Assembly (NCBI GenBank): GCA_951406725.2
Contig: OX597829.1
Span: 620,001-684,000, forward strand
DNA: 64,000 nt
Direction: 5' to 3'
Source: Octopus vulgaris
Lineage: Eukaryota
The stretch's first letter is position 1; each line of letters starts with the position of its first letter. The notes beneath the pieces are model-generated. The model had not been told where the DNA came from, did no database searches, and saw nothing but the letters and a program-made list of their open reading frames with translations. Shown here one piece after another: positions 26,217 through 39,816 of the stretch. A program made the position numbers and the translations under genes.

Positions 26217-27235
26217 TCTTTACATCTTCACGGAAACCCACCAAGACAATTCCAATATGGATACCGACTGAAAAAAAATCTCCATCATCCATGCAGACCA
26301 CACTGGCAGAAATAAAGGAAGAGCAGCCATTTTTATCCATGATTCCTTTTCTGTGAATGTTAAAGACATATTTTCCAATGAATACTGTGAATCTATGTTA
26401 CTATACAACAAATTTATTGACATAACCATATTTGGTCGCTATATGATTCCTCAAACTCTTCTACAATTCTTTCAATGGTGCCTCCAAAAAGTCAAGTCTT
26501 CCCTCCAAAAGCACAACTCAGGAAACATAAATGATGGGTGATTTTTAATCTTCCTTATATGAAGAGCTCCACAAATACCCTGAAACCGGGTAACCTCATC
26601 TCGACACCAGATAAAACAGCAACAGAATTACTATTTATTTTCATGAATGGAATTTTTTTTTTCCTACTTATAGCTTCAGCCAACAAGTCAAGACAAAATT
26701 ATTTTAGTTTGTTAAGGTTATTTCTACAGACATTCTATAGAAATGATAACCAGCACTGATTTTTTCCACAGCGTTCCATATACGATACGTCAGATGTAAA
26801 CAATGAAATTTTAGGCCTGATATTAACAAACTACTCAGCATTTCCGATGAAAAAATCTCAGTTCTCTGACCAAGATATGATACTCTGCAACTCTAGTTTC
26901 CGACATACCAAAGCCAAACCAGCCACTCTCGCCCCAGTGCATCCGTTCGACAATATCTATCTTTACAAAGCGGGCTGGAGAGCAATTGGAGCGGATCTGT
27001 CATTTAACGACTGGTCATTCACTCACAGTTCTTCTGATAGTGAAGCAACTTGGTAGCATTTTGAGAACCGTTTCACCCACACATGTCCAAAGCGAGCCAC
27101 TGTGAAACTCACAAGCACAAACTGAAGATCGTAAGAGAGAAAGAAAATTACTTACCAAGAAAATTTTAAATATAAAAGAACAAAAACAAAAAACAATTGA
27201 AATGCTACAACCAACAGCATCCATAAACAACAGCA

Positions 27236-27592
27236 GTGGAGGCGCAATGGCCCAGTGGACTCGCGGTCGGAGGATCGCGGTTTCGATTCCCAGACCGGGC
27301 GTTGTGTGTGTTTATTGAGCGAAAACACCTAAAGCTCCACGAAGCTCCGGCAGGGGCTGGTGGCGACCCCTGTTGTACTCTTTCGCTCCAACTTTCTCTC
27401 ACTCTTTCTTCCTGTTTCTTGTCCCCGACTTCCTATGCAACCGCTGAGCCTGGATGCATATTCATCCATCCGTCGATGCTCTCGGTGTCGGGGGTTGACC
27501 TGCTTTCTCTTCTGCGAGTCTTACGAATAGTAAAGGACCACGTTTCGGACTTCTCCCACTGGGACGAAGACCGCTTCGCTCAACAAGCAAAC
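27236..27592 (+). mobile_element. tRNA-derived SINE family D with 11-bp TSD
   Basis: gtggaggcgcaatggcccagtgg...ggtttcgattcc; TSD aaacaacagca at 27225-27235 and 27593-27603. Confidence 0.88.
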
Positions 27593-27619
27593 AAACAACA
27601 GCAATAAGGACACTTAAAT

Positions 27620-28523
27620 GCCAAAAATATCTGCAGAGGTGCATGAAAGCGAACAGTAATAACTGTAGACGAAAAATAATTTTTAAAAAAAATCAAACAC
27701 AACCCCAAAGTCTCCTTTTGATTTACCAACAAACATTGGACTGCTGTTTCATCCACTGATGGATGATGATAACAGGATTCTAGCAGAGATCCTGCAGAAA
27801 CACTATATCTCTGTCTTTAGGGATCCTATTGACTTTAAAGGCGGTGAGCTGGCAGAATCGTTAGCGCGCCGGGCGACATGCCTAGCGGTATTTCGTCTGT
27901 CGTTACGTTCTGAGTTCAAATTCCGCCGAGGTCGACTTTGCCTTTCATCCTTTCGGGGTCGATAAATTAAGTACCAGTTACGCACTGGGATCGATGTAAT
28001 CGACTTAATCCCTTTGTCTGTCCTTGTTTGTCCCCCTTTATTTTTAGCCCCTCGTGGGCAATAAAAAAATATATTGACTTTGACATGAAATAGTTCAACG
28101 CATTCAACCCCAAACATATTTCTGACATAGCTTTCACTGCCTCGGGCATGATCGTACCAATAATTAAAACGAAATATCATTCTGCAGTAATCCCTGATAG
28201 ATTCCCTCCTTGTGTCTTGAAGGAATGCAGACATCCCTTGAAACCAACTAATGGATAACATCTTTTCACTCGGGCTATATACCCAAACATTTCTCTTCTT
28301 AGTCTTCAGGAAAGGAAAACAGATTTCTTGCAGTTAACTAACGCCCAATTAAACTCATCTCTCACACCATCAAGGTATTTGAAAGGGTTGTGAGGACAAA
28401 GATAACTGGCTTCCTGGAGAGTAAAAAATCATCTAAAGTTTTCGTTGTGGCAGAAACTGCCCAACACAACTTTTACCTTACAATAATGATACCCTTAAAG
28501 TCTGGGGAGATGGTTCGAACTCT
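27620..28523 (+). pseudogene. Decayed CR1/Jockey-group LINE reverse transcriptase fragment, interrupted by a SINE
   Basis: ILAEILQKHYISVF; N*RPIKLISHTIKVFERVVRTKITGFLES (NYRPISLTS..K.FE motif); FRCGRNCPTQLL (GFR.GRSC..QL motif); stops and frameshifts. Confidence 0.8.
27840..28071 (+). mobile_element. SINE family A with TSD
   Basis: Full-length copy; tattgacttt at 27827-27836 and 28072-28081. Confidence 0.92.
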
Positions 28524-29080
28524 GTAAAAAAGTATGAAAACACCTAATTCGTTCAGTGTTGCCGTCTCTCAGGAATCTCAGACATCGATGTTTCGAGTTT
28601 TTTGACTCTTGTCAATGCGATGTACCTAAGAGAGACAACTCTGAACGAACTTAATAAAGCTGTAGCTTTATATATATAATTCAGTCAACACGTCGACTGA
28701 TTTGCGCGAGGAAGAAGAACCCGTTCAAATTAATTAACGGAGCAGAGGCGCAAAACAGTGTTTAGGTAAAAGCAGAATGTTGTCACATATTTCAACTGCT
28801 AAAGGCAAATACACTGCAGTTACCCGCTATAGCTTTATTAAGTTCGTTCAGAGTTGCCTCTCTTAGGTACATCTCATTGACAAGAGTAAAAAAACTCGAG
28901 GCATCGATGTCTGAGATTCCCGAGAGATGGCGACACTGAACGAACTGGGTGTTTTCACACCTTTTTACCATAAGAGGAACATTTTCTCCACATTAACATC
29001 ACTGTATTTGCCTTAGCAATTTCAATTAACCTAAATTCTGCTCATACCAAAACACTGCTTAGCGCCTGTGCTCCGTTAAT
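28524..29080. mobile_element. Retrozyme-like element: inverted, circularly permuted ~320-nt units, each with a U3:A8 hammerhead
   Basis: 143-bp inverted arms 28524-28666 and 28826-28968; about 29000-29080 is the reverse complement of about 28733-28815; hammerheads at 28575-28621 (-) and 28871-28917 (+). Confidence 0.8.
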
Positions 29081-29751
29081 ATATATATATATTCTTTTCT
29101 ATTTTTATTTAAATTCTTCTTTTGGTTTCCAACAAAGATATAAAGCTCCTTTATAGAAAACGAAAACAATGTCACATTTTAAACCCGAGAAAAGCCTTGC
29201 ACAATTTTCCTGTTCCGTTTGTTGAATTCTTTTTCTGAAAATCCCAGCTTATCCAGAGTAACAGTTAAAACCAAATGCTCCAATTATTATTGGTATAAAT
29301 GTAAATTTGTAATCCAGATATAGAAGTTGGAAGTTCTGAAGCAGTTGTCCATAGTTTTCTTCTTTCTCTTTCCTTTTCAGAGATATTTACATCAGCAGGA
29401 CAGCCGACCTCTACATCAGCAGGACAGCTGACCTCTATGACGATGCATAGTTTTTCTTATCTCTCTCAAACAACAATACCTGGCCTCTTATTCTTTCACT
29501 TACAGCTGTTTTTATGGGAATGTTCCACAAGTATTCCTTGTACTGATATTTGCGTACGTATTCAATAAGAGGTGGATTCTCTATATTTACTATATTTACT
29601 CCAATGTATAATGGAATAATTATACACTGTTTTTGCAACAACGCGTAGGAAGGTAGTACCCTGTTGACATTTTTGAGCAGTTGTTAATCACGTGTGTGAT
29701 TATCTTCCACAGAAATATTATATAATCTACACATCTTGGAACTCATGCACG

Positions 29752-30185
29752 TATTTTGTTGGCCAAAAAGTTCGTTCGCAATTTTAAGGGGAAATAAGAC
29801 ACAAGTTTTAAACGTAAAGCGATTTATTCAATCAATGATATATTCACCGTTTCCTTCCAGTATCTTCAGGCATCTAATGGCAGATCCATTATTCCCTGCT
29901 CAAAGAATTTCCTGTCTTTACTGACGAAGAAATATTCCACGGGAATATTTTTAGTCTATTCAGTGATTTGAAGAGACCGAAACATGTAGAAATCTGGAGG
30001 TGCAAGGCCGGACAAATACTGAGGGTGAGGCAAAACTTCCCAGCCAAGCCCCAGTAGCAGCAACCGTGTCTGCCAAGAGGTATGCGGTCTGGCATTGTTG
30101 TATGAAAGACAACGCCCTTACGATTAGCAAGTGCTGCACGCTTCTGGCGGATCGCTGCGTTTAATTTGTCCAACTTGGCACCGTT
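29752..30185 (-). mobile_element. Mariner DNA transposon 3' remnant
   Basis: AIRQKRAALANRKGVVFH and, in another frame, HPQYLSGLAPPDFYMFRSLQ (HPPYSPDLAPSDY.LFRSLQ motif); TIR-like ttggccaaaaagttcgttcg. Confidence 0.85.
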
Positions 30186-30432
30186 CACAACCAAAGCGGA
30201 CAACTTGCCTACCAATCTACTTGAAACTTTTTCATTTTTGTCCCCAGTTTAGTCTACAGAAATCTTTATACCATTTACTTATTTATTTGACACAATAGGA
30301 AGTGTTATACGCCCTACTTTTTATTTCTTATATATACGTTCTTGATAATGAATTGTAAAACACAGAAATTAAAAAAAAAAATTTATATCTTTATAATGTT
30401 CATTTTGTTTATTTCCTTTTTAAGGCTCTAAA

Positions 30433-31053
30433 TCAGGGCTTCACAAGCATTTTTTTTTTTTTATCTATGGACCTCTATAGCCATTCGACGTTTAAAAATT
30501 AGTTTTATACATATTTCTTTCAAAATTCCTATTTTGAAGTACGCACATTCACTTGCGTGGGTTGAACTATGTAAAATGTGGAAACACATGACCCAGTGGT
30601 TAGAGCAGCGGACTCGCGGTCGAAGGATCGCGGGTTCGAATCTCAGACCGGGCGAAGTGTGTGTTTATGAGCGAAACACCTAAGCTCCACGCGGCTCCGG
30701 CAGAAGGTAATGGCGAAACTTCTGCTGATTCTTTCGCCATAACTTTCTCTCACTCTTTCCTCCTGCATCTTGCAGCTCACCTGCGATGAACTGGCGTTCC
30801 GTCCAGGTGGGGAATCTATACGCCAAGGAAACCGTGGCTCGAGAAGGAACAAACAACAACAACTATGTAAAATGTTAGAGAAAGAAACCTATCTGTCTCT
30901 TACTAATGCATACCAATACATACTTCTAAGACAAAATTTAATCACAGACACTTAAAATGCTCCTGTGGATTTCTAATTTATTATTTTGTTGCGTGCCCCA
31001 CAAAATCTTATATGGAACCCTAGGAGCCATACGGACTTCGGTTGAGAACCATT
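30433..31053 (+). mobile_element. hAT-like MITE with a nested SINE
   Basis: Ends cagggcttcacaa / ttgagaaccattg; flanks ctctaaat and ctctgatc resemble a decayed 8-bp TSD; second diverged copy at about 31190-31458. Confidence 0.65.
30578..30860 (+). mobile_element. SINE family D variant with 15-bp TSD
   Basis: tRNA-like head (cagtggttagagcagcggactcgcggtc...ggttcgaatc); TSD aactatgtaaaatgt at 30565-30579 and 30861-30875. Confidence 0.9.
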
Positions 31054-31189
31054 GCTCTGATCAAGAGGTGTAGTCATTAAGTCTGTTCTATTTTGTCTTT
31101 CTACTGTTCTTTTTCCCACAGATAAATCATATATGGGATATGATCTGTCATTTTCTTTTTACCTTCGAGTATCTTTGGTTACTATTTTA

Positions 31190-31458
31190 CTCTGGTCGAC
31201 CCCCATAGCATTCGATATTTAAAAACTAGTTTTATATAAACTTCTACCAAAGTTCCTATTTTGTCTTCCAATCATTAACTTGTGTAGATTAAACAAGGTA
31301 AAATGTTAAGAGAAAGAAACCTAGCTGATTCTTTCAATACACACCAATACATACATCCAAAGCAAAATTTTTTCAGGGACTCTTAAAATTCTACTGTGGA
31401 TCCTCAACTCAGAAGTTTTATGTGGACTCTCAGGGACCACATGGACTCCGGTTCACTG
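31190..31458 (+). mobile_element. Second copy of the hAT-like MITE, partial
   Basis: Aligns to 30470-31053 without the SINE (cattcga..tttaaaaa.tagttttata, agaaagaaaccta, ccaatacatac). Confidence 0.65.
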
Positions 31459-32819
31459 CTCTAAGTGAAGGGCATATACAACTGTAGTACATGAGGGTTT
31501 ACGGTTTTGTACATCGAAAGACGGATCACTTCCATATATATTTCTGCACGACTTTTGAAATGTCTTCGCCAGTTTTATAGCCTGAAACAGATTAAATATA
31601 TACCTCTCTTTAAATAGGACATCAGTTTATCATAAATTACTTTTCTCGAAGGTCTGTTACTTTATTTATGACAGATATAATTAACGAAGGCACGTGATAT
31701 TAAGGATCTTACTTGGTGACAACAAAACTTATGATGAGGTTGATTTGACCTCTACAACTATAAACGGGTGCAGGTCATCACCATCCCACATCGATCTACA
31801 CTACTGCTTTTATTAAGAAAATAATGTATTGCGGCTAGACAGACACAAGATATAAAGCTAATTTTTGTTGAAGACAATATATACCCACGTATTCAGTCAA
31901 GACTAATATTTAATAGTGCAATTAATTTAACTAATCACTCAAGGATGAAAACTCAAAATGAACAAGTTGGGATATGAAAGTCCAAAGCAAAACTATTTCT
32001 TCTAATCTGTATCTTTATAATTTAATATTTGCCCATGATCTCTAGTTAAGGTATACAAGACTCGGTGAAGGCCTGCCTATCTGTCAGGCTTGTGCCACTT
32101 AAGTCTAACGGCGTGTGGAAATGTCCTGGTGTTATGTGAACTAGAACTCTGCCTATTGCTCCTTCTGTGCAAAAAATATTGATAGCAGATGGAAATTACG
32201 ACCTGTGGAATACACTCCACAAGAAGGAAAGAGGGTATCTCCTGCTTGGAGTTCTTTTTTGCTTCTCTGAACACTCAGTTGATATTACCTCACTATGAAA
32301 TTCTTCATCTCACTACTTTATTCCAAGACAAAATACGGTGAATGGCTTTCTTACGAGTTCAAATATACATCAAACATATTTGGATTGGTAGCAAGTTTAT
32401 ATTTTGTATGCATCACGGCTTAGCATTTCTGTTCCGTGTCTTGAGGATAGAGACAGTCACGTGGATAGGGGAACCTGGTCGGCTCTACATATGATGACTA
32501 CTAACCTGGGATGATCCAAGTCCCACCAAGCAAGACCATGAAGCAAGCAGAAAAGCAAGCAAGCGTGAAGGAACACCGCAATTTAATTTTAGTTTTTTTT
32601 TTTTTGAAATAGAATTTAGAGTCACCAAGATCGAACTCAGAACATTAAGATATGCTTCAATTTGTCCGGCGCCGTACTGGCTTTGTAATCCATCGAAAAG
32701 TTCAGTCTAATAATGGTAATGTGTAACACAAGTTTTAAGGCTGGGAAGGGATTTTGACGTCATAACGTTAAATGGCCTAGTTAAATTAGCACAAGGTATT
32801 TATTTTATAAATATAAATA

Positions 32820-33185
32820 ATGAAGAAGAAGAAAAAAGAAGACGAAGAAGAAGAAGTAGTAGTAGAAGAAGAAGAAGAAGAAGAAGAAGAAGAAGAAGAA
32901 GAAGAAGAAGAAGAAGAAGAAGAGGAAAAAGGAGGAGAAGAAGAAGACGAAGAAGACGAAGAAGAAGAAAAAAGAAGAAGAAGGAGGAGAAGAAGAAGGA
33001 AAAGAAGGAGAAGAAGAAGAGGAAAAAGGAGAAGAGGAAGAAGTGAGAAGGAGGAGAAGAAGGAGGAGAAGAAGAAGAAGGAGAAGAAGAAGAAGGAGAA
33101 AAAGAAGAAGAAGATGAAGAAGAAAAAGAAGAAGAAAAAGAAGAAAAAGAAGAAAAAGAAGAAGAAGGAGGAGAAGAAGAAGGAA

Positions 33186-33229
<44 letters not shown>

Positions 33230-33510
33230 AAAGAAGAAGGAGAAGAAGGAGAAGGAGGAGGAGGAGAAGAAGAAGAAGAAGAAGAAGAAGAAGGAGAAGA
33301 AGGAGAAGAAGGAGGAAGAAGAAGAAGTAGAGGAAGAAGGAGAAGAAGAGGAAAAGAAGAAGAGGAAGAAGAAGTGAGGAGGATGCGGAGGAGGAGGAGA
33401 AGGAGGAGGAAGAGGAGGAGGATGAGAAGGAGGAGGAGGAGGAGGAGGAGGACGAGGAGGAGGAGGGGACGAGGAGGAGGAGGAGACGAGGAGGAGGAGG
33501 AGGAGGTGGG
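32820..33510 (+). repeat. Polypurine (GAA/GGA)n tract
   Basis: Direct reading. Confidence 0.95.
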
Positions 33511-34024
33511 GTGGTTACTCAGTACTTTAAGGCATTTTTCGAAAGTAATTAAAACATTAGCGTTCTCTTTAAATATGTTGATTGATATTGATATGAATAG
33601 CCTTCGGCAAAATATCGTTGGTTGTTTATTGTTTTCACGGTTTGTCATTGAGTGATGGTTCATGATTATAAAGATGGAATAAAAAAGCACAAATCATCAA
33701 CTGGATGTTTTTTTTTGGAGGGGGGACTTATAACAACTTTTCTATTTACTGTCAAACTAAAAGCCTTTAGGCAACATCACAGAATTGACTTAACAAACGC
33801 GTTCAAACACACACACATACACACACATACACATACACACACATACACGCGCACACACAAACAAACAAACGAAACATCAACGTTATTCAGCTTCGTAGAA
33901 ATGGTAAAAGCAAGAAGTTATATGTGGTAATGTGATATCATACACACACATATACATGCATACATATACACCATACATACACACACATACATATATATAT
34001 ATATACACACATTCACATATAGAC

Positions 34025-34595
34025 GCATGCGTGGCTGTGTGGTAAGAAGCTTGCTTCCCAACCACATGGTTCCAGACACCTTGGGCACGTGCTTTCTACT
34101 ACAGCCTCGGGCCAATTAACGCCTTGTTAGTGGATTTGTGCATTTCGTACACGGAAACTGAAAGAAGCCTGTCGTATATATATATATGATAGATCGTTAG
34201 CCTCTACACACATTTTTTCTCTCCTTGTTTTTTCTGTGTCCCTTTCTGTAGAAGAGCGTAGGCTCGAAACGTAAAAGACTTTTTCTATTCCTGGGCGTTA
34301 TGCTAATACATCTGTTTGTTTTGTACACCACCTGTCTTCGTCTCCCTATATATGTATATATATATATACATATATATATGCTTATATCTATGCGTGTGTC
34401 TTTGTGTTTGTCTTTCCATCACTGCTTGACAACCGGTATTGGTGTTTTTACGTCCCTGTAACATAGCACTTCGGCCAAAGAGGTCGATAGAATAAGTACT
34501 AGGCTTTAAAAAATAAGTCTTGTGGTCGACTTGCTCGACTAAAACCTTTCAAGGCGGTGCTCCAGCAATGGCTGCAGTCAAATGACTGAAGCAAT
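34025..34595 (+). mobile_element. SINE family B with a family F element inserted in its internal TA tract
   Basis: Head 34025-34175 and tail 34395-34595 separated by family F sequence. Confidence 0.85.
34190..34345 (+). mobile_element. Family F repeat with hammerhead-like motif (34242-34277)
   Basis: cttt-CTGTAGA-a-gagc gtag gctc-GAAAC-GTA-aaag. Confidence 0.75.
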
Positions 34596-34597
34596 AT

Positions 34598-34646
<49 letters not shown>

Positions 34647-35187
34647 GTCGATGAAAGCTATCATGCTGAAACTTCGAAGTCACTACCTGCTCATCGTCTT
34701 CTTTATAATGGTTTCAAATGTTGGCTCATGGATACCAAGTTTGAAGGGAACAGATCGATTACATCGACCCCAGTGTTCAACTTGTACTTATTTCATCGAC
34801 CCCGGAAGGATGTTAAGAATTGTCGACTTCCGAGGAATTTGAGCTCAGAACGTGCAGAACCAGGACATATGCCGCTAAGCATTTTGTCCGACGCGATAAT
34901 AATTTAACCAATTTACTACCGTCTTCCATAATAATCGCAAGCATAACAAACCAAGGTGCCAAAAATAAATAAATAATATTCATTGAATATTATTTAGAAA
35001 ACTGAAAATTTACTAGTGATGTAATAATTGGTTGAATTTCATCGCTAGGAAATAAATGTTAGAAAGCGCTAGTGAAATATCTAGTGAAAATACAAAATCT
35101 CGTTTATACAGGCTTATAGTGGGTTCTGTTACATCGTTATGATTAGTGAGTGAACAAAATGTTGACTATATACTTTAAATTTATAAA

Positions 35188-35385
35188 GGTGGCGAGCTGG
35201 CAGAAACGCTAGCACGCCGGGCGAAATCCGTAGCCGTATTTCGTCTGCCGTTACACTCTGAGTTCAAATTCCGCCGAGGTGACTTTGCCTTTCATCCTTT
35301 CGGGGTCGATATAATCGACTTAATCCGTTTGTCTGTCTTTGTTAGTCCCCTCTATGTTTAGCCCCTTGTGGGTAGTAAAGAAATA
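35188..35385 (+). mobile_element. SINE family A (internal deletion) with 19-bp TSD
   Basis: tatatactttaaatttata at 35167-35185 and 35386-35404. Confidence 0.9.
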
Positions 35386-36524
35386 TATATACTTTAAATT
35401 TATATATAATTCTCGTGGCTTGTGGCGAGGACCAACCTTTGGTTACCTTTCCTTCTGCAATCTCAACGGTTAACTACTCAAGAGTGACACAACGAAACAA
35501 AAAATTTACCTCATTCCCTGTAAAAGTTTTTGTTTAAAATTTGGCACAAAACAAGCAATTTTAGCGGGAGGATAACTCGATTACGTCAACGGGTACTTTT
35601 TTATCGAATCCGAAAGAAATGATAGGCATCGTTGACCTTGGCAGGAATTGAACTCAGAAAGCGAAGAGTTAGAAGAAATGTCGCAAAGCACAACTTTTTT
35701 AAGCTTAACGTATAAACTCTTGGCTCGTCGGGCGACGAACTTCTGACACCCCACCTTCCACTTCTCTCACGTTTAACTATTAAAGAGAAATAAATAAATA
35801 AATATGAAGAATCGTTTCCTAACTCTGTGCAACGAAGCCTGACTTTTCCTCCTGTAATTTCTATCTCGTATTTAAAATTTTCTCTATTACTTCGAAATTA
35901 GCACGAAACTTAAATATTCAATCCGAACGATGATGGCAATATGAATAACTGGTCTGTTAGCATGGACAATTTTTATTTCCATTCCTTCTCCAGATAGCCT
36001 CACACATCTTATTTCATATAAAATGCAAATGGTAAAACGAAACTTTGTGAATAAGAAATAAGCGCCCAGTGGCATGCAAGGATCTCGTCATCTATTTTCG
36101 GCCAATGTTTGCTTTTGGGCATCATTTCAGTGAAATGACCGGAGGCAAAAAAAAACGTACTGTCAAGTCTACTAATCTGCAAACAGTTCCAGGAATTTCT
36201 GTAGACACATCAATCTTCTCAACGCCAGTTTAAGCATTTTAATAGAATGCATTTATGTATACTTCTGGTGTGAGTTTTAGTAGCTGAAGTACATTCACCT
36301 TGAGGTGTTTTCTTCTTTATATAGAAACCGAAATTAAATAATGCCGTATGCAACGAAATTGACAGCTTTTTTTTTCAGATGACAAATCAGTAAGAACGGA
36401 CAGTGTAACACAACCAGATCGATCAATATACTCTGTATTTCGTTTCACTATTATTTCCTTAAAAATATTAACCTGGCTTTATAATAAGAAACTGAGTTGT
36501 ATTCCACCAGCAACTTCTCATGTA

Positions 36525-36702
36525 TAGGGAGAGTTTACGAAAACAACAAAAGACGAAGACAGGTGGTGTACAAAACAAACAGATGTATTAGTATAACGCT
36601 CAGGAATAGAAAAAGTCTTTTACGTTTCGAACCTACGCTCTTCTACGGAAAGGGACACAGAAAAAACAAGGAGAGAAAAAAATGTGTGTAGTGGCTGACG
36701 AT
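36525..36702 (-). mobile_element. Family F repeat
   Basis: Reverse complement of 6370-6552; core reads CCGTAGA. Confidence 0.78.
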
Positions 36703-36987
36703 ATTTTTGTTGTAAATGGACCGTGTGTAGTTATGGCTCTATACGTTCTGAATCCAAATCATGTGTAGTTTGATTTTTTGCCTTCTTGATAGGGGTTTGG
36801 GTGCAGGTTGCGATAACGTAAAGTACCAGTCATACATTGGTGTTGATATAATTCAGCTGCTCCCTTCTTTATGATTTTCTAGTCCCTTGCCTCTATAAAA
36901 AAAACAATTACGTGTTTTTCTATATCAAGGTAGTTATGTTTAAGAGAAATATTGAGAATATACTGGTGATTACTCTAATATGGTAAA

Positions 36988-37240
36988 GGCGTATAGCCTA
37001 ATGGTTAGGGTGTTACACTCACGATCGATAGATCGTGGTTTCGATTTCCGGAGCATACGATGATTTGGGTTTTTTTTCTTGAACAAAACACTTCATATCA
37101 CGTTGTATTTGTCCACTCAGTTGTAAATGTCTAAAATTAAGGACGGACTGGCGTCCCGTTCGGAGAGAGAGAGTTATGTAATCTCGGTCACATCTACGCC
37201 ATGGGAACAGAAGTCCAGACATATGAGTCCGAGGATTCGA
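36988..37240 (+). mobile_element. tRNA-derived SINE related to family C
   Basis: ggcgtatagcctaatggttaggg...ggtttcgatttcc...cttgaacaaaacactt. Confidence 0.6.
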
Positions 37241-37308
37241 GACAGTAAAGTGGTGGTGGTGGTGGTGGTTGTTATTGTTGTTGTGGCCGTTGTTGTTGTT
37301 GTTGTTGT

Positions 37309-37345
<37 letters not shown>

Positions 37346-37933
37346 GATGACGACGGTGATGACGACGACGGCGAGGACGACTACGATGACGACAACGATG
37401 ACACCGATATCAGCTGAAAAAATAAATAAAAAGCGATAGACAGGACGGAAAAAAACAGGAAATGTTACACAAATATAAATACAATAAGAAAATACAATAA
37501 AAATAATAACAGGACATAACAACATAACAACAGGTGTCTTTCGATTAAGGACAAATTGAATTAAGCTGACGTGTGGAAATGAAGCCTTACGGCAGAGATA
37601 TAATAGTTTCACAAACAGAGGGAAGAATATCGATGTTGCACGGACCCCACGGAAGAGCAGGCTGGCCAATCGGTCACGTGGGAAGAGAAGAGAGAGAGAG
37701 AGGAGTAGAAGCAGAGGGACAGAAGAACTAAGGAGGGGCGAGAGTAAATGACAGGGACACAGTGAAGGGAAAAGTGGGAGGAAACTGAGTACACACACAT
37801 GTATGTACATATATGTGTGTATGTTTATATATACATATACGGACATATACACAGATAGATAAGAACAGAGGCTGGTTATTATATATGTGTAATTGTATAT
37901 TTACATATAATATATATATTTCTTTCTTTCTTT

Positions 37934-38313
37934 TCTTTTACTTGTTTCAGTCATTTGACTGCGCCCATGCTGGAGCACCGCCTTTAATCGAGCAAAATAA
38001 CCCCAGGACTTATTCTTTGTAAGCCTTGTACTTATTCTATCGGTTTCTTTTGCCGAACCGCTAAGTTACGGGAACGTAAACACACCAGCATCGGTTGTCA
38101 AGTAATGCTAGGGGTACAAACACAGACGCACAAACATATACACACAAATATATATACATATATACGACGGGCTTCTTTCAGTTTCCGTCTGCCAAATCCA
38201 CTCACAAGGCTTTGGTCAGCCCGAGCCTATAGTAGAAGACACTTGCCCAAGGTGCCACGCAGTGGGACTGAACTCGGAACCATGTGGTTTGTAAGCAAGC
38301 TACTTACCACACA

Positions 38314-38317
<4 letters not shown>
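37934..38317 (-). mobile_element. SINE family B, near full length
   Basis: Reverse complement of 5922-6342. Confidence 0.92.
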
Positions 38318-38354
<37 letters not shown>

Positions 38355-38406
38355 ACATGTATGTATGTATGATTGTATGTATGTATGTATGCATGTATAT
38401 ATGTAC

Positions 38407-38479
<73 letters not shown>

Positions 38480-38982
38480 CATACATGTATGTATATAATA
38501 AACGTGTGTGGGTAATTGAATATACATCATGATAAAACAAAGCAATCGAGTCTTTGCTTAATTGTACAATATTAAAGAAATTTCTGGATATATGAGAATA
38601 GAAGTAAAACCGAGTTTTTTTTTCTAGATTTCTTTTTATGAGTTTCTTCAAAGGCCACGGTTACACCTACTTATTGCTTCAATGAACAAAGAAATCTTGC
38701 CAGTCAAGCATGAAAGTGGCCGAGTATTTCTGGACAATGCTGCAGACGATCGTATTCTCATATCTCATTCATCTGTTCATTTCACGCTTCTATACAATCC
38801 GCAAGTCATGTACGCATGTTGAAACCAACCTTCAGCTGTGTGCCTGTGTATGTTTACGTATCATGTTTGTGTGTGTTGTGTGTGTGTGTGTATGTATGAT
38901 TATCTATCTATTTATATATATATATATATAACCTACATAAATATATATATATATAACCTACATATATACATATGTAGGTTTA

Positions 38983-39023
<41 letters not shown>

Positions 39024-39126
39024 GTATGTATATATATACATATATACATACGTATGTATATATATACATATATATATATACAAATGTATGTATGCATATA
39101 TATATACACATACACACTTATATAAA

Positions 39127-39380
39127 GACGCATGGCTTAGTGGTTAGGTTATTCTGCTCATAATCGTAGGGTCACGAGTTCGATTCGCGGTAGCGTATCG
39201 TGTCCTTGAACAAGATACTCAGCAATACCTGAAATGAGCCAGCCTTTTCACCCTCTGTACCACGCTGAATCTCCCTGGGAAGTATGTGAACGAATACGCG
39301 TGCTCTACCACTTGTACTTTAATCTCACGTTCAAGTTGTTCCGTTGACTGGAACTTCCTCAGCGTAAGCGATGGAGTACC
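39127..39380 (+). mobile_element. SINE family C
   Basis: gacgcatggcttagtggttagg...gagttcgattc...gtccttgaacaagatac. Confidence 0.8.
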
Positions 39381-39408
39381 CAGTACATACATGTGTATAT
39401 ATATATAT

Positions 39409-39729
39409 GGGGGCACTCCTAAGCAGGACAATGTTACTAGTATTTAGCCCCAGGAAAACATCTTTTCCAGCTGCGAGCTTCGGCGTGACACAGAGTGTGG
39501 CAACGCCTGCTGCTTGAAATACAGGTACAACAGAAACAGAAAGGAAGAGTGAGAGAAAGTTGTGATGAAAGAGTACAGTAGAGTTCGCCACCACACCTCC
39601 TGCCGGAGCCTCGTGGAGTTTTAAGTCTTTTCGATCAATAAAAACGCAAAACGCCCAGTCTGGGAATCGAAACTACGATCCTATAACAGCTAGTTCGCTG
39701 TCCTAACCACTGGGCCATTGCGCCTCCAC
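39409..39729 (-). mobile_element. SINE family D
   Basis: Ends cctaaccactgggccattgcgcctccac, the reverse complement of the family D head. Confidence 0.85.
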
Positions 39730-39816
39730 ACACACGCACACACACACACACGCACACACATACACATATATGTATAAATGTGTATGTATATATATAAATA
39801 TATATATATCAATATA

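Noticed and set aside
28826-28968. A-to-I editing signature between the inverted arms (GAAAC vs GAGGC)
   Set aside because: Differences include A/G and T/C changes in both directions, so they fit ordinary transitions
29388-29435. 24-bp tandem duplication (also an 18-bp x3 repeat at about 7758-7815)
   Set aside because: Ordinary local slippage duplications
30578-30650. tRNA gene (also the heads at 16982, 27236 and 39127)
   Set aside because: tRNA-like SINE heads with no acceptor-stem closure, continuing into repeat bodies; TSDs are visible for the 30578 and 27236 copies
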